A model generated the notes under the pieces. That model was not told the origin of the DNA. It saw only the letters and a program-made list of their open reading frames with translations, and made no database searches. Made by a program: the position numbers and the translations under genes. From Pelagomonas calceolata (lineage: Eukaryota), in contig CAKKNE010000004.1 of assembly GCA_918797485.1 (NCBI GenBank), positions 1,922,001 through 1,986,000 of the forward strand: a DNA stretch of 64,000 nt, read 5' to 3'. Below, in pieces: positions 9,810 through 20,115 of this stretch (position 1 is its first letter; every line of letters starts with the position of its first letter).

Positions 9810-10885
9810 ATGGCCGCGGCGCTGCTGGGCCCCCTGGCCGCGGCCAGCATGGACGACTCGCGCCACTCCGTCCGGTCCGGCGGCACGTCCGTCGCCAGCG
9901 AAAACTTCTACGCCACGAACGACTGGGACCCGGCGCCGTCCCCGGCGAAGAACACCGCCGCGCCCAAGGCCACGCTCCGCGTGCTCGGCCGCGAGTCCGT
10001 GAACGTCAACATGGCCATGGCCGAGCTCCTCAACTCCCACGGCTGCGTCGTCGAGCACTCGGAGCAGCACCGCGACCGGGAACTGGGCGGCTACTTCCAG
10101 CGCGCCGTCTTCGACTGGTCGGCGGCCGCGCGGACATCGACGTTCGGGCGCCCCGCGACCGCGTCTCCACGATGGTTCTCACGCACAGGTCGGCGATGCG
10201 CTGCAGCCAGGAGAGCTTGCAACGGGCGCTCGACGAGGTCTGCGGCCGCCTCGAGCTCGAGTACCAGCTCGAGTGGGGCACGCGGCCCAAGAGACTGTGC
10301 GTCTTCGTCTCGAAGTACGACCACGTGCTCTGGGAGATCCTCCTGCGCCACAAGGCCGGCGAGCTCCCCTGCGACATCCCCCTCATCATCTCGAACCACG
10401 CCGACCTCAAGCCGGTCGCCGACGCGTTCGGCGTGCGCTTCGAGGTATTTAAAGTCACGAAGGCCACGAAGCGCGAGGTCGAGAACGCGGAGATCCGGCT
10501 CATGGAGGAGCTCGAGATCGACCTCGTGGTCCTCGCGCGGTACATGCAGATCATCTCCGACGAGTTCTGCGCGACCTACCCGTGCCGCGTGATCAACATC
10601 CACCACTCGTTCCTCCCGGCCTTCATCGGCTCGAAGCCCTACCACCGCGCGCACGAGCGCGGCGTCAAGCTCATCGGCGCGACGGCGCACTACGCGACCG
10701 CGAACCTCGACGAGGGCCCGATCATCGAGCAGGGCACGGAGCGCGTCTCGCACCGCGACACGGTCGACGACCTGCTGCGGAAGGGCCGCGGCGTCGAGCG
10801 CGTCGTCCTCCTCGCCGCGCTGCGCGCGCACCTCGACGACCGGATCATCGTCTACGGCAACAAGACGGTCGTCTTCGCCGACTAG
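9810..10885 (+). CDS. purU: Formyltetrahydrofolate deformylase; join(9810..10117,10189..10885)
   Basis: ACT-like N-terminus, then VFVSKYDH, ISNH, VVLARYMQI, INIHHSFLPAFIGSKPYHRAHERGVKLIGATAHY, LDEGPIIEQ; a 71-nt GT-AG intron links the two ORFs in frame. Confidence 0.93.
10118..10188 (+). mobile_element. Eroded introner-like intron in purU
   Basis: Donor 8-mer GTCGGCGG versus downstream exon GTCGGCGA (7/8, TSD-like); ends ACGCACAG like the intact introner; shares CGCGAC(C)GCGTCTCCAC with it. Confidence 0.6.
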
Positions 10886-11190
10886 CCGCACATCTCCCTG
10901 TTCATATCCGCGCATTCCGCGCCTATTGTTCATATCTCGCTCCGTCGAGGCGGCCGCGCTCCGGAGCCCGTGTTGTACACATACCCCATATAACCAATGT
11001 TTATTATGATCAATCGATAAAGTAGCCGATGTCTCGAACCCCCCCCCCCCCCCATCCCCCCTCCAGGCTCCAGCCCCCTTCAAACCCGAGCGTCAACTTG
11101 GGGAGCCACATCGTGTGTATTTTACAGCTGCCCGGGCCGCAGCGAGCGCGCCGCCGCATAGTGGTCGACGGGCCGCCTCGGATCGCAGCG

Positions 11191-11625
11191 ATGTCGGGGG
11201 CAGCCGAGGCCGCCTTCCGCAAGTGGTACCGGACGCAGTCCGTGGCGGCGGTCCTCTGCACCGGCTTCCTGGTCGTGGAGAAGCCCGTGGCCATGGGCCT
11301 GGCCGCGGAACTGGGCGTCCTCGCGCTGGCCGCCTTCACGGGCGCCTGCGGCTGGCGGCTGCTGCGCTGCACGAAGCAGGAGCTCGTCGTCCTGTACCAG
11401 CTCTACGCGGTGCTCTGCACCTGCCTCTGCATGGCGCTCGTCTACGTCGTCATGATGCCCGCGTTCCGGGCCTTCGCCTTCCGCGCGGAGGGCGCCGCCG
11501 TGGCGGACCACCACGTCGCGGCGACGTTCGCGTCGCTCGTCTACGGGTGCATCTCCGCCAAGGCCACGACCTGCGCGAACACCTACGGCGAGGCCGTCGT
11601 GCCCATCCACAAGAAGCGGGACTGA
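11191..11625 (+). CDS. Small hypothetical membrane protein (about 4 hydrophobic segments)
   Basis: High-GC3 codon usage and a hydrophobic 144-aa ORF between purU and the FNT gene. Confidence 0.65.
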   Translation: MSGAAEAAFRKWYRTQSVAAVLCTGFLVVEKPVAMGLAAELGVLALAAFTGACGWRLLRCTKQELVVLYQLYAVLCTCLCMALVYVVMMPAFRAFAFRAEGAAVADHHVAATFASLVYGCISAKATTCANTYGEAVVPIHKKRD

Positions 11626-11794
11626 GGCTCTTGTGGAAATCCCTGTGCATACCCCTGTCCATAGTAGTCTGTCCATAGTATAAACAACTTAAATCTACTG
11701 AAGTAGTATGCACAGGGTATGGACACAAGGCGGGCGGCGCGCGGGAAAGAAAAATGGACAGGGCCGCGCGCCGGCACCCGCGAACGGACAGGGC

Positions 11795-12841
11795 CTAGGC
11801 CTCGGTGAGCTTCTCGGCCGGCGCGCCGGCGGCCTCGGCCTCGCGCTTGAGCTTGGCCTCCCAGCCGTCCTTGTTGACGAGCCAGAAGGGGAAGACGAGG
11901 AACCAGGCGCCGATGACGGACCCGATGGTCACGGGGATGAAGTTGTTCCAGAAGGCGTTGAGGAAGTTCACGCGGCTGTCGATGTACGAGCCGCCGACGA
12001 TGATGCCGCCCGGGATGAGGAACTCGTTGACGACGAGGTGGTCGAAGCCCGACGAGATGAAGAGCTCGATGGGCAGCCAGATCATGATGAACTTGGAGAT
12101 GGGCTCGGTCGCGATCATCTGGAGCCAGATGGCGAGGCAGACCATCCAGTTGCAGCCCGCGCCGCGGATGAGCGCCGTGCCGAAGTGCTGCGTGCACTTG
12201 GCCTTGGCGGCCTTGATGAGCTTGCAGATGTTGCCGTACTTGTTGCTGCCCGTCGAGCAGAAGTCGCCGTTGTTGAAGTGCTCCTGGAAGGCCGCCGAGT
12301 TCTCGTAGAAGATCTTGTTGTTGTTCTCGAGCGCGCCGCCGCTGTCCGCGTAGTTCTTGTTGTCGACGGCGACCGTCATGATGAGGCCCGTCTGCCACGC
12401 GAAGACGACGAAGTGGAGGATCGCGCCGAGCAGGTTGAAGGTCCAGCAGACGACCCAGTTAATGAGCGTGGCCTTGATCTCGGCCGCGCGGTCCTCGGGC
12501 TTGGCCGCGAGGCAGGCGAAGGTGCAGAACATGTAGTTCGCCGTGATGAGCTCGCAGCCCTGGCAGAGCACGATGAACGTGAGGCCGAAGGGGATGCCGA
12601 AGCCGGCGAAGACGAAGTTGTTGACGCCCGTCGACGAGCCCCAGCGGCCGCCGACCTGGCAGGACATCATGACGCCGAAGCTCAAGAGGAGTCCAGCCTG
12701 AATTGACAGCAGCACGGTCATGAGCGGCCGCGTCATCATGCGCGCGTTGACGACCTCGCCGACGTTGATCACGAAGCCCATGACCTCGGGCTGCGTGTTG
12801 AAGACGCGCTTGACGTTCACGTACGTGTTCGCCGTGGCCAT
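11795..12841 (-). CDS. Formate/nitrite transporter (FNT/NAR1 family)
   Basis: GIPFGL, ELITANYM, FNLLGA, RGAGCNWMVCLAIW, KFIMIWLPI, GFDHLVVN, NFIPVTIG. Confidence 0.93.
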   Translation of the reverse strand: MATANTYVNVKRVFNTQPEVMGFVINVGEVVNARMMTRPLMTVLLSIQAGLLLSFGVMMSCQVGGRWGSSTGVNNFVFAGFGIPFGLTFIVLCQGCELITANYMFCTFACLAAKPEDRAAEIKATLINWVVCWTFNLLGAILHFVVFAWQTGLIMTVAVDNKNYADSGGALENNNKIFYENSAAFQEHFNNGDFCSTGSNKYGNICKLIKAAKAKCTQHFGTALIRGAGCNWMVCLAIWLQMIATEPISKFIMIWLPIELFISSGFDHLVVNEFLIPGGIIVGGSYIDSRVNFLNAFWNNFIPVTIGSVIGAWFLVFPFWLVNKDGWEAKLKREAEAAGAPAEKLTEA

Positions 12842-12890
12842 CGGGCGCGGCTCCGTGTGGGCGTTGGAGTGGCATAGCACTGCGGGCGGG

Positions 12891-13010
12891 GCGCGCGCGG
12901 TCAATCATCGAACGCGTTCCCCCGCTCGTCGGGGCGGCGGTGCCGCGGCGCGCGCGGTCAATCATCGAACGCGTTCCCCCGCTCGTCGGGGCGGCGCTGC
13001 CGCGGCGCGC
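12891..13010. repeat. 57-bp tandem duplication in the FNT 5' leader/promoter
   Basis: GCGCGCGCGGTCAATCATCGAACGCGTTCCCCCGCTCGTCGGGGCGGCG at 12891 and 12948. Confidence 0.85.
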
Positions 13011-13479
13011 GACCGGGGGCTGCCCCCGGGCCACGTGCGTTCGTGCGTTTGTTGACGCGGCGGCACCGAGGTGCCGTTGCCGCGGGGGGCGGGTGGGGGC
13101 CGGACGGCGGCACGCGTTGCTTGCCTTTGTGGGCGACCATGGTTGCGTTGCGTTTTTTTTGGCAGGGGCGAACAGGAGAAGGGCACAGTCAGTGTGATAG
13201 CGAAATGTACCCACGTCAAGAGGTAAGGTACCAGTGTCAAGAGGTAAGGTACGAATAGGGGGTAAAAGGTAAGAGAGAGGAAAGCTCTTCTTTTAAGCCG
13301 GCGGCATCTCTGGAACCCCCTTTTTGATAGATAATTCGAAGATCGCTATGCATAGGTCCGCACGCGGCGCAATATCATTGATGTACGGTTTTTCTGAGCG
13401 ATTAATAGGTGCCACAGTTCGGCAATGAGCCAGTCTGAGGAGATACTGTCCCCGGGGCGCGGCTTCAGGGCGAGAATCC

Positions 13480-13503
13480 GCTAGTGGCCTGTAAGACACT
13501 AGC
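13480..13503 (-). promoter_or_regulatory. GCTAG-box intergenic element copy
   Basis: Reverse complement GCTAGTGTCTTACAGGCCACTAGC; ~226 bp upstream of the ABCF ATG. Confidence 0.6.
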
Positions 13504-13729
13504 CAGCCCTAAAGCGACGCATTTTTTGTAGCTCTACAGCTACGCGGTGTAATATATAGCATTTCGGACGACGCTATACGCGTGTACGCGTTTGCACATA
13601 CGGTGTAGCACGTTGGCCGCTCTGCGAGGGACGAGGAACGCTAGTAGCACTGCAGCGCAGCAGCGAGAGCTTTGCAGTGCGAGCAGACGAGCTGCAGCCG
13701 CTTGCTACGCAAAGGAGCCGCAAAGCACT

Positions 13730-16700
13730 ATGGGCAAGGCCAAGGGCAAGAAGGGCCGCCGGCAGCAGGACTCGTCCGACGACGACGACTTCGTCGACCC
13801 CATCCAGGCCGCGCTGGCCGCGGGCGGCGGCGACGACGCCGCCGTCGCGGTGCCCGCGAAGAAGGCGCCGAAGAAGAAGAAGGGCCGGCAGGCGAAGGGC
13901 GCCGCCGCCGCCGCCGAGGACGACGACGCGCCCGCCGCGCCGCCGCCGCCGCCGCCGCCGGCCCGGAAACAGAAGAAGGGCGGGCGGTTCCGCGGCGACA
14001 GCTCCGAGGACGAGGCGCCGGCGCCGGCGCCGGCCGACGACGCGCCCAAGAAGCTGAGCCGGGCGCAGCTGCGCAAGCAGAAGCTCGCCAAGAAGGCCGG
14101 CCGCGCGGAGCCCGAGCCCGAGCCCGAGCCCGCGGCGCCGCCGCCTCCACCAGAGGAGGAGGATGAGGAGGAGGAGGAAGAGGTAGAAGTGGCGGCGCCG
14201 GCGCCGCGGCGGAAGAAGGACAAGAAGGCGGCGCGGCGCGCGGCGGCGATGGCGGCGATGCTGGCGGACGAGCCGTCCGAGGACGAGGAGGAGGACGACG
14301 ACGAGGCGGAGACGGTGGCGGAGGAGACGGTGGTAGAGGAACCCCAGGTGAAAACGAAGAAGAAGATGAGCAAGGCCGAGCGGCGGCGCGCGAAGGCGGC
14401 GCCCGGCGCGGAGGCGGAGGACGCCGTCGCGGCGCCGGCGCCGGCGCCGGCCGTCGCCGCGGCGCCTCCAAAAAAGCTCTTCGGGGGCGGCAAGAAGACC
14501 GACGCCTTCGCGGCGGCCATGGCCGCGGCCGAGGAGAGGGACGAGGACAACGGCGACGCCGACCAACTCAAGGCGTCGCTCGACAAGTACCGCAAGAAGC
14601 TCAAGAAGGCGAGTGCCGAGGACGCCGCGAAGTACGAAGCCAAAATAGCCAAGTACGAGAAGAAGCTCGAAGCGCTCGACGAGGCAAAGAAGCGGAAGGC
14701 CGCGGACGCCGACAAGGACGTGGACACGGACGCGGCCCTGGCGGCCCAGGGCGGGTTGCTGGGCGGCGACGACGCGTGGCGCGACGACTCGAACGACCAC
14801 CACGGGCGGGGGCCGCGCGTCGAGGCGACGTTCGAGGCGTGTCTCGCGAACGCCGTGAGGGCGAACGACGGCCAGGCCCTGTCGAGCAAGGCCCGGCGCA
14901 AGCTCGAGAAGGACTACGCGTCCCGGAAACGGGCCGCCGAGGCCTACGCCGCGAAGGAGCAGGCCTCGCTCGAGGGCGCGCAGTTCGCCTGTTCGCAATC
15001 CGCAATTGATGAAAATGACGCGGCCTGGCTCAACGCGCTAGACGTCAAGATCGACTCCTTCACGATCTCCGCCGCGGGCAAGACGCTCTTCGAGAACTCG
15101 TCTTTATTAATTGCGCACGGGCGGCGGTACGGCATCGTCGGCCCGAACGGCCGCGGGAAGACGACGCTCCTGAAGATGATCGCGTCCGGCGACTTGCGGG
15201 TGCCGCCGCGCGTGCAGTGTTTATACGTGGAGCAGGAGGTCCAGGCCGACGACACGACCGCGGTGGACGCGGTCCTGAAGGCCGACGTCGAGCGGACGGC
15301 GTTGATGGCCGAGGAGGTTTCATTAACGAAAAAGCTCGAGACGCTCGCGGGCGCCGCCCAGGCCGAGGCGACGGACCGATTGCGGGTCGTCGGCGAGGAA
15401 CTCAAGGCCATCGGCGCGTCCGCGGCCGACGCGAAGGCGCGGCGGATCCTGTTCGGGCTGGGCTTCTCGCCGGAGATGCAAGTGCGGGCCACGAAGCTGT
15501 TTTCCGGCGGCTGGCGCATGCGCATCTCCTTGGCGCGGGCGCTCTTCATGGAGCCTATTTTGCTGATGCTCGACGAGCCGACGAATCACTTGGACTTGAA
15601 CGCCGTCATTTGGCTGGATGATTACTTGCAAAAATACAAGCATACCATATTGGTCGTGTCGCACGACCAGGACTTCTTGAATTCGGTGTGTGACGAGACG
15701 CTGCACATCTCGGAGCAGCGGACGCTCGACCACTACCGGGGCAACTACGACACGTTTAAGGCCCTCGAACGGCAGAAGCGGAACCAGCAGCAAAAGGCCT
15801 GGGAGAAGCAGGAGAAGCAGCTCAAGGCCCTGAAGGGCAAGGGCGGCAACTCGAAGAAGAAGGCCGAGGAGCTCATGAAGAATAGTCGGAGTAAGCGCGA
15901 ACCGAAGGACAAGAAGAAGCAGCAGGCCATCGCTTCCGGCCAAGCGTCGGCCGACGTCACGACGCTCATCGAGCGGCCCAAGGAGTATGCGGTCGAGATG
16001 GAGTTCCCGCCCGTGCCTCGATTGGCGCCGCCCGTTTTGCAAGTTATCGACGCGCAGTTTCGATACGCGCCGCAACTCCCGCTCATCTTCACGGACATGA
16101 ATTTTGGCATCGACCAGGACTCGAGGATTTGTGTCGTCGGGAATAATGGTAGCGGGAAGACGACTTTATTAAATTTGTTGACGGGCAAGCTGCAATGCAC
16201 GGACGGCGACGTGAAGCGGAACCCGAAGCTCCGCATAGGCGTATATAATCAGCACTTCGTCGAGCGCCTACCGATGGACGAGTCGCCCGTCGACTACCTG
16301 CGGAGATTGTTTGAAGACGAGACGTATCAAAGTATAAGGAACATGTTAGGAAGGTACGGCCTGCAGGGCCACGCGCACACGATTGCCATGCGCGACCTGA
16401 GCGGGGGCCAGAAGGCGCGCGTGGTGCTGTGTGAGCTGTCGCTGGCCGCGCCGCACATGCTTCTGTTGGACGAGCCGACGAACAACCTGGACATCGAGAC
16501 GATCGACGCGCTATGCGACGCCATCAACGGGTATGATGGGGGCGTGATCTGCGTGACGCACGACGCGCGGCTGATCGAAGCGACGAACATGCGGCTCTGG
16601 GTCGTGGAAGACAGGATGGTCGTCGAGTGGGGCGAGCCCTTCGACGCCTACCGGGACCACCTCCTGGAGAAGCTCGAGAAGGCCATGAACGACGCCGAGT

Positions 16701-16774
16701 CGCGCGTGACGGCCGCGGGCGTGAGTGTCGACATGGGGGGGAACCGCTGCGGGGAGGGTCCCACGATGATTTAA
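13730..16774 (+). CDS. ABC-F family ATPase (ABCF1-like) with long K/E-rich N-terminus
   Basis: Two NBDs: GPNGRGKTT/FSGGWRMR/LDEPTNHLD and GNNGSGKTT/LSGGQKAR/LDEPTNNLD; no TM domain. Confidence 0.93.
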   Translation: MGKAKGKKGRRQQDSSDDDDFVDPIQAALAAGGGDDAAVAVPAKKAPKKKKGRQAKGAAAAAEDDDAPAAPPPPPPPARKQKKGGRFRGDSSEDEAPAPAPADDAPKKLSRAQLRKQKLAKKAGRAEPEPEPEPAAPPPPPEEEDEEEEEEVEVAAPAPRRKKDKKAARRAAAMAAMLADEPSEDEEEDDDEAETVAEETVVEEPQVKTKKKMSKAERRRAKAAPGAEAEDAVAAPAPAPAVAAAPPKKLFGGGKKTDAFAAAMAAAEERDEDNGDADQLKASLDKYRKKLKKASAEDAAKYEAKIAKYEKKLEALDEAKKRKAADADKDVDTDAALAAQGGLLGGDDAWRDDSNDHHGRGPRVEATFEACLANAVRANDGQALSSKARRKLEKDYASRKRAAEAYAAKEQASLEGAQFACSQSAIDENDAAWLNALDVKIDSFTISAAGKTLFENSSLLIAHGRRYGIVGPNGRGKTTLLKMIASGDLRVPPRVQCLYVEQEVQADDTTAVDAVLKADVERTALMAEEVSLTKKLETLAGAAQAEATDRLRVVGEELKAIGASAADAKARRILFGLGFSPEMQVRATKLFSGGWRMRISLARALFMEPILLMLDEPTNHLDLNAVIWLDDYLQKYKHTILVVSHDQDFLNSVCDETLHISEQRTLDHYRGNYDTFKALERQKRNQQQKAWEKQEKQLKALKGKGGNSKKKAEELMKNSRSKREPKDKKKQQAIASGQASADVTTLIERPKEYAVEMEFPPVPRLAPPVLQVIDAQFRYAPQLPLIFTDMNFGIDQDSRICVVGNNGSGKTTLLNLLTGKLQCTDGDVKRNPKLRIGVYNQHFVERLPMDESPVDYLRRLFEDETYQSIRNMLGRYGLQGHAHTIAMRDLSGGQKARVVLCELSLAAPHMLLLDEPTNNLDIETIDALCDAINGYDGGVICVTHDARLIEATNMRLWVVEDRMVVEWGEPFDAYRDHLLEKLEKAMNDAESRVTAAGVSVDMGGNRCGEGPTMI

Positions 16775-17045
16775 GAAGATGGCAGGAGGCGCAGCCGGTC
16801 TACGCGTATGATGTGTCTACCTACGAACGCGAGAGTGGTTCCTTGGCGCCGTTGCTGAAGTCCCTGTCGAATTGCGCACGGGTCCACTCATTGCCCCGAA
16901 GCCTGGCTTGCCTCGTTAAGCGTGACAACTGCTCGCACCAAGTCATAAGTAGCTACACTCTCTCGGAGTAAACAGATTCTTTCGAGTTCTTTTAATTATT
17001 CTAGGGCTGCGCGCGACGCCGCGGCCCCGCTACGACGCGACACAC

Positions 17046-17640
17046 TCAGGCCTCGTGCTCGTCGTCGCGCTGGCCCCGCCGCCGCCGCCGCGGCGGCCGC
17101 GCCGCGGCCTCCTCGTCGACTTCGTCCTCGTCCTCGCGGCGGCGCTTGGACAGCGCTTGGAGAGCGGCATATCCGATCCTTCACAAATTTGTCTCCCGGG
17201 GTGAGCTCAGCAAGCCGCCCTTTGAGCGCAAAACCGCGCGGCCAGGGCTTGAACGCCTTGTTTCTAAACATCTTCTCAGCATCTCGATAAGGCGAACTTG
17301 GAGGGACTTCGTCAAAATCTAACAGACCGAGCCCGACGCACACGGCGTCCGATTCCTCCCCCGGTCTTTCGAAGTCCGAGTCGTTGTCCTTGTCCTGCGT
17401 CTTCTTGTGCGCATCAATCATCTCGTCGAGCGACTCGTTCACGAGGTAGGGCTGCTCGTTGCCCTCGCCGACGACGAGCACCGTGACGGCCATCCAATCG
17501 CCGTCCTCCTTCTCGATACCGACTACCTTGCGCTCGCCCTCGTCCTCGTCGTCGTCGTCGAATTCTTTCCCGACGTAGCGGTTCACGAGTTTCTGGCGCT
17601 CCGCGGCCTCGCTGTCCGTCGGCGTCTTGCGTTTGGGCAT
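17046..17640 (-). CDS. Hypothetical acidic/basic nuclear-type protein; apparent +1 frameshift near 17170
   Basis: ORF from 17640; a natural-looking tail YAALQALSKRRREDEDEVDEE...HEA* is in the adjacent frame and ends at 17046. Confidence 0.5.
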
Positions 17641-18157
17641 GGCGCCGCGGCTGCTGCAGCCCTTTGGGTGAGCACCAACACAGACGCGTGTGCAGAGCTA
17701 CTTCTGGCGCACGCTCTGCTGTGCTGTGGTATCCACGCTAGCAACGGCTATCTTAGAGCTGTGCTGGAGCACGAATGGCCACGGTCGTTTTTGCTTGGCT
17801 AAGCTATCGAGAGCGAAACCCGGACGATGACAAGCCACCTGCTGCACGAGTCCACCCATCTCACACGCAGTCGCAGACATGCCAGGCAACTTTCCGCGCC
17901 CGTGCGAGTCTTTTGAGAGAATTTAAAAAAAGGCAGCGCCTCCTCCTGGCTTTGCAGCGCTTATACGCTGCAATAAAGGACTGAGCGCAGGATCTGGACG
18001 TCCTGTGACTTCCACGCACTGCTGTCAGCGCCTGCGCGTCGAAACTACGCGCTCTGCGCACCGCTGCGCGCCGCACACTGCATTAGCGCGCCCACAGTCC
18101 ACAACACGCTGCGACGGCAGCGACGGCCTCGCGCACCCGACGAGCTCCACGCCGCCG

Positions 18158-18643
18158 ATGGCGTCGTCTCCTGAGTACAGCGACGAGACACGGGCAATGT
18201 TGGCGGGCGGTGCCCAGGTGGCCGTCGCCGTGGTCGAGAGCGGGGTTGGCTGCGCCCGGCATCAAGCCACCTGCGCGGTCCAACTAAGGGACCCGTCACA
18301 CGTCCGGACGGTCTTCTTTACCATCTTATGGCTCGTCATCGCCGTGTTCTCGGGCGTGCTGCTGCATGGATTTCTCGACGGCACGCAAGAGTGGCTCAGG
18401 GAGATGGAGACCCCCAAGGATTGGGAGTCGTATGCGTTCCCCGGCTTCGCGTTCATTGACTTTGCGGCGGCCGCCGTGCGCACCCTCCGCACCGGCGAGC
18501 GCACCCGCCCGCTCATCGTGGCTGCCTTGGCGGTTCCCTTCGGCGCGTTAGTGAACATGCACAACAACGCGCCGCTCCTCCACAACGCGCCGGCCGCGTC
18601 GTCGGCCGTGCCGCCGCCGCCGCGCGGGGAGGAAGCCGCGTGA
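18158..18643 (+). CDS. Small hypothetical membrane protein
   Basis: ATG 18158; 2-3 hydrophobic segments. Confidence 0.5.
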   Translation: MASSPEYSDETRAMLAGGAQVAVAVVESGVGCARHQATCAVQLRDPSHVRTVFFTILWLVIAVFSGVLLHGFLDGTQEWLREMETPKDWESYAFPGFAFIDFAAAAVRTLRTGERTRPLIVAALAVPFGALVNMHNNAPLLHNAPAASSAVPPPPRGEEAA

Positions 18644-18783
18644 AGGTGCGAAGGGCCCGCGCGAGGCGCGCGCGTGTGACGGCTCATCCTAAGTGTGACT
18701 ATATATACTCAGTCTTGGTCGCGGGTCTGAGTCGTAGACGCAGTAGAAGCCTCTCCCCCCCACCCTTAAGAGCGGTTTCTACA

Positions 18784-19221
18784 CTATGTCGTTACTACTT
18801 GGGCTAGTACGGGCTGCGCCGCGGGCACCTGGACCTGGAACGTCGCGCCGGGCGGGAATCCGGGCGGACAGGCGACCTGGATCGTCTGCCCGTTGTGCTG
18901 GGCCGAGATGATTTGTTCTGGCTGGCAGCCGGGGGGAACCTGCAGCGCGATCAGGACCATGCCACTGGGCGCCGGCTGCGGCGGCGCCGGCTGCTCCGGT
19001 TGCGGCGGCGCCGGCTGCTCCGGTTGCGGCGCGACCTTGGGCGAGATCGGCGCCGGCGCCGACGGTTGTGGCGTGCGGACGGGCGGCGCGGACTCCGTCT
19101 CGGGCAGCTCGTCCGGGGAACCGTAGCGCCTGGGGTCCATGATCCGCCGCGCGCGCTCGGCCTCCCTTCGTCGATAGTCGCGGCTCACGCGCGCCTCGGG
19201 CGACGAGGCGCTGCCGCCCAT
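18784..19221 (-). CDS. Hypothetical protein with N-myristoylation-like start and C-terminal VPPG-type beta repeats
   Basis: MGGSASS; PQPEQPAP repeats; LQVPPGCQP...VACPPGFPPGATFQVQVP. Confidence 0.65.
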   Translation of the reverse strand: MGGSASSPEARVSRDYRRREAERARRIMDPRRYGSPDELPETESAPPVRTPQPSAPAPISPKVAPQPEQPAPPQPEQPAPPQPAPSGMVLIALQVPPGCQPEQIISAQHNGQTIQVACPPGFPPGATFQVQVPAAQPVLAQVVTT

Positions 19222-19665
19222 GGGTAAGGCTGCTTGGGGGCTGTGGCAAGTGAGCTGCCCAGGGTGAGACGCACGTACGTGTTGCGCCCCGCGCAGTGCT
19301 GATCGATGCACTCCTAAACCGTTCTGGAGTCGGGCTTGGGCGCCGCGGCCGAGCTGTGGGGCTGCCCAAAAGCCAGCACAACACTTTGTGTTTGGACCCC
19401 TAGTGGGTTTCTCACGAACGCCCCGCACGCTGTGGCGGGCTTTGCGACCTAGATCACACCCCATAAGTCACCATCGGACGCGTCGCACGAGGCAGCTGGC
19501 CGGCGTGGCAACCGCGCGCGCGGCCCCACCATCAATCCACGGTGAAGGCGGAGCGGTCGCAACAGAGAATTCACCTCTAGTCGCCACTTCTAAGGTATAC
19601 CCCCACGAGGACGTCGCGCCTCGTCAAGCGCCGCCGGGAAGAGCTCCCGCGGCCTCGGTGAGCGC

Positions 19666-20115
19666 CTAGTTCGGGCACTCGGACGACTTGTGGCCCTGCT
19701 GGCCGCAGTTGTAGCAGGCGGTGTTGCCAGCGGGCAGGTCGCAGTCCGCGCTGAGGTGGCCGACCTGGCCGCAGTTGAAGCAGCGCCGCCCGCCGGCGCC
19801 CTTGCGGCGCCGGCCGCCGCCGCCCTCGCCGCCGTCGTAGTCGCCGCCGTCCTCGGCGTTGGGGCAGTTGCGCGCGAGGTGGCCGACCTCGCCGCAGACG
19901 TGGCACTTCCGCGTCTCGCGGCGGGCGCCGCCGTCGCCCGTGTTCTCGGGGCAGTAGCGCGCGATGTGGCCCACCTCGCCGCAGATGTGGCACTTGCGCG
20001 TCTCCTCGCGCGGCGGCGCCTGCGGGCAGTTGCGCGCGAGGTGGCCCACCTCGTTGCAGATGCGGCACGTCCGCGTCTCCTGCCGCGGCTGGTCCACGTC
20101 GTGGATGATCTCCAT
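19666..20115 (-). CDS. CCHC zinc-knuckle protein (CNBP/GIS2-like, 5 knuckles)
   Basis: Five CX2CX4HX4C motifs and a Gly-rich linker. Confidence 0.9.
   Translation of the reverse strand: MEIIHDVDQPRQETRTCRICNEVGHLARNCPQAPPREETRKCHICGEVGHIARYCPENTGDGGARRETRKCHVCGEVGHLARNCPNAEDGGDYDGGEGGGGRRRKGAGGRRCFNCGQVGHLSADCDLPAGNTACYNCGQQGHKSSECPN

Noticed and set aside
11038..11060. Poly-C tract, and poly-G at 796-816, as G-quadruplex regulators
   Set aside because: Simple homopolymers with no supporting evidence, and their length is unreliable in assemblies
17160..17185. Programmed ribosomal frameshift in the 17640 gene
   Set aside because: No slippery heptamer at the shift; a single-base assembly error or pseudogenisation is simpler
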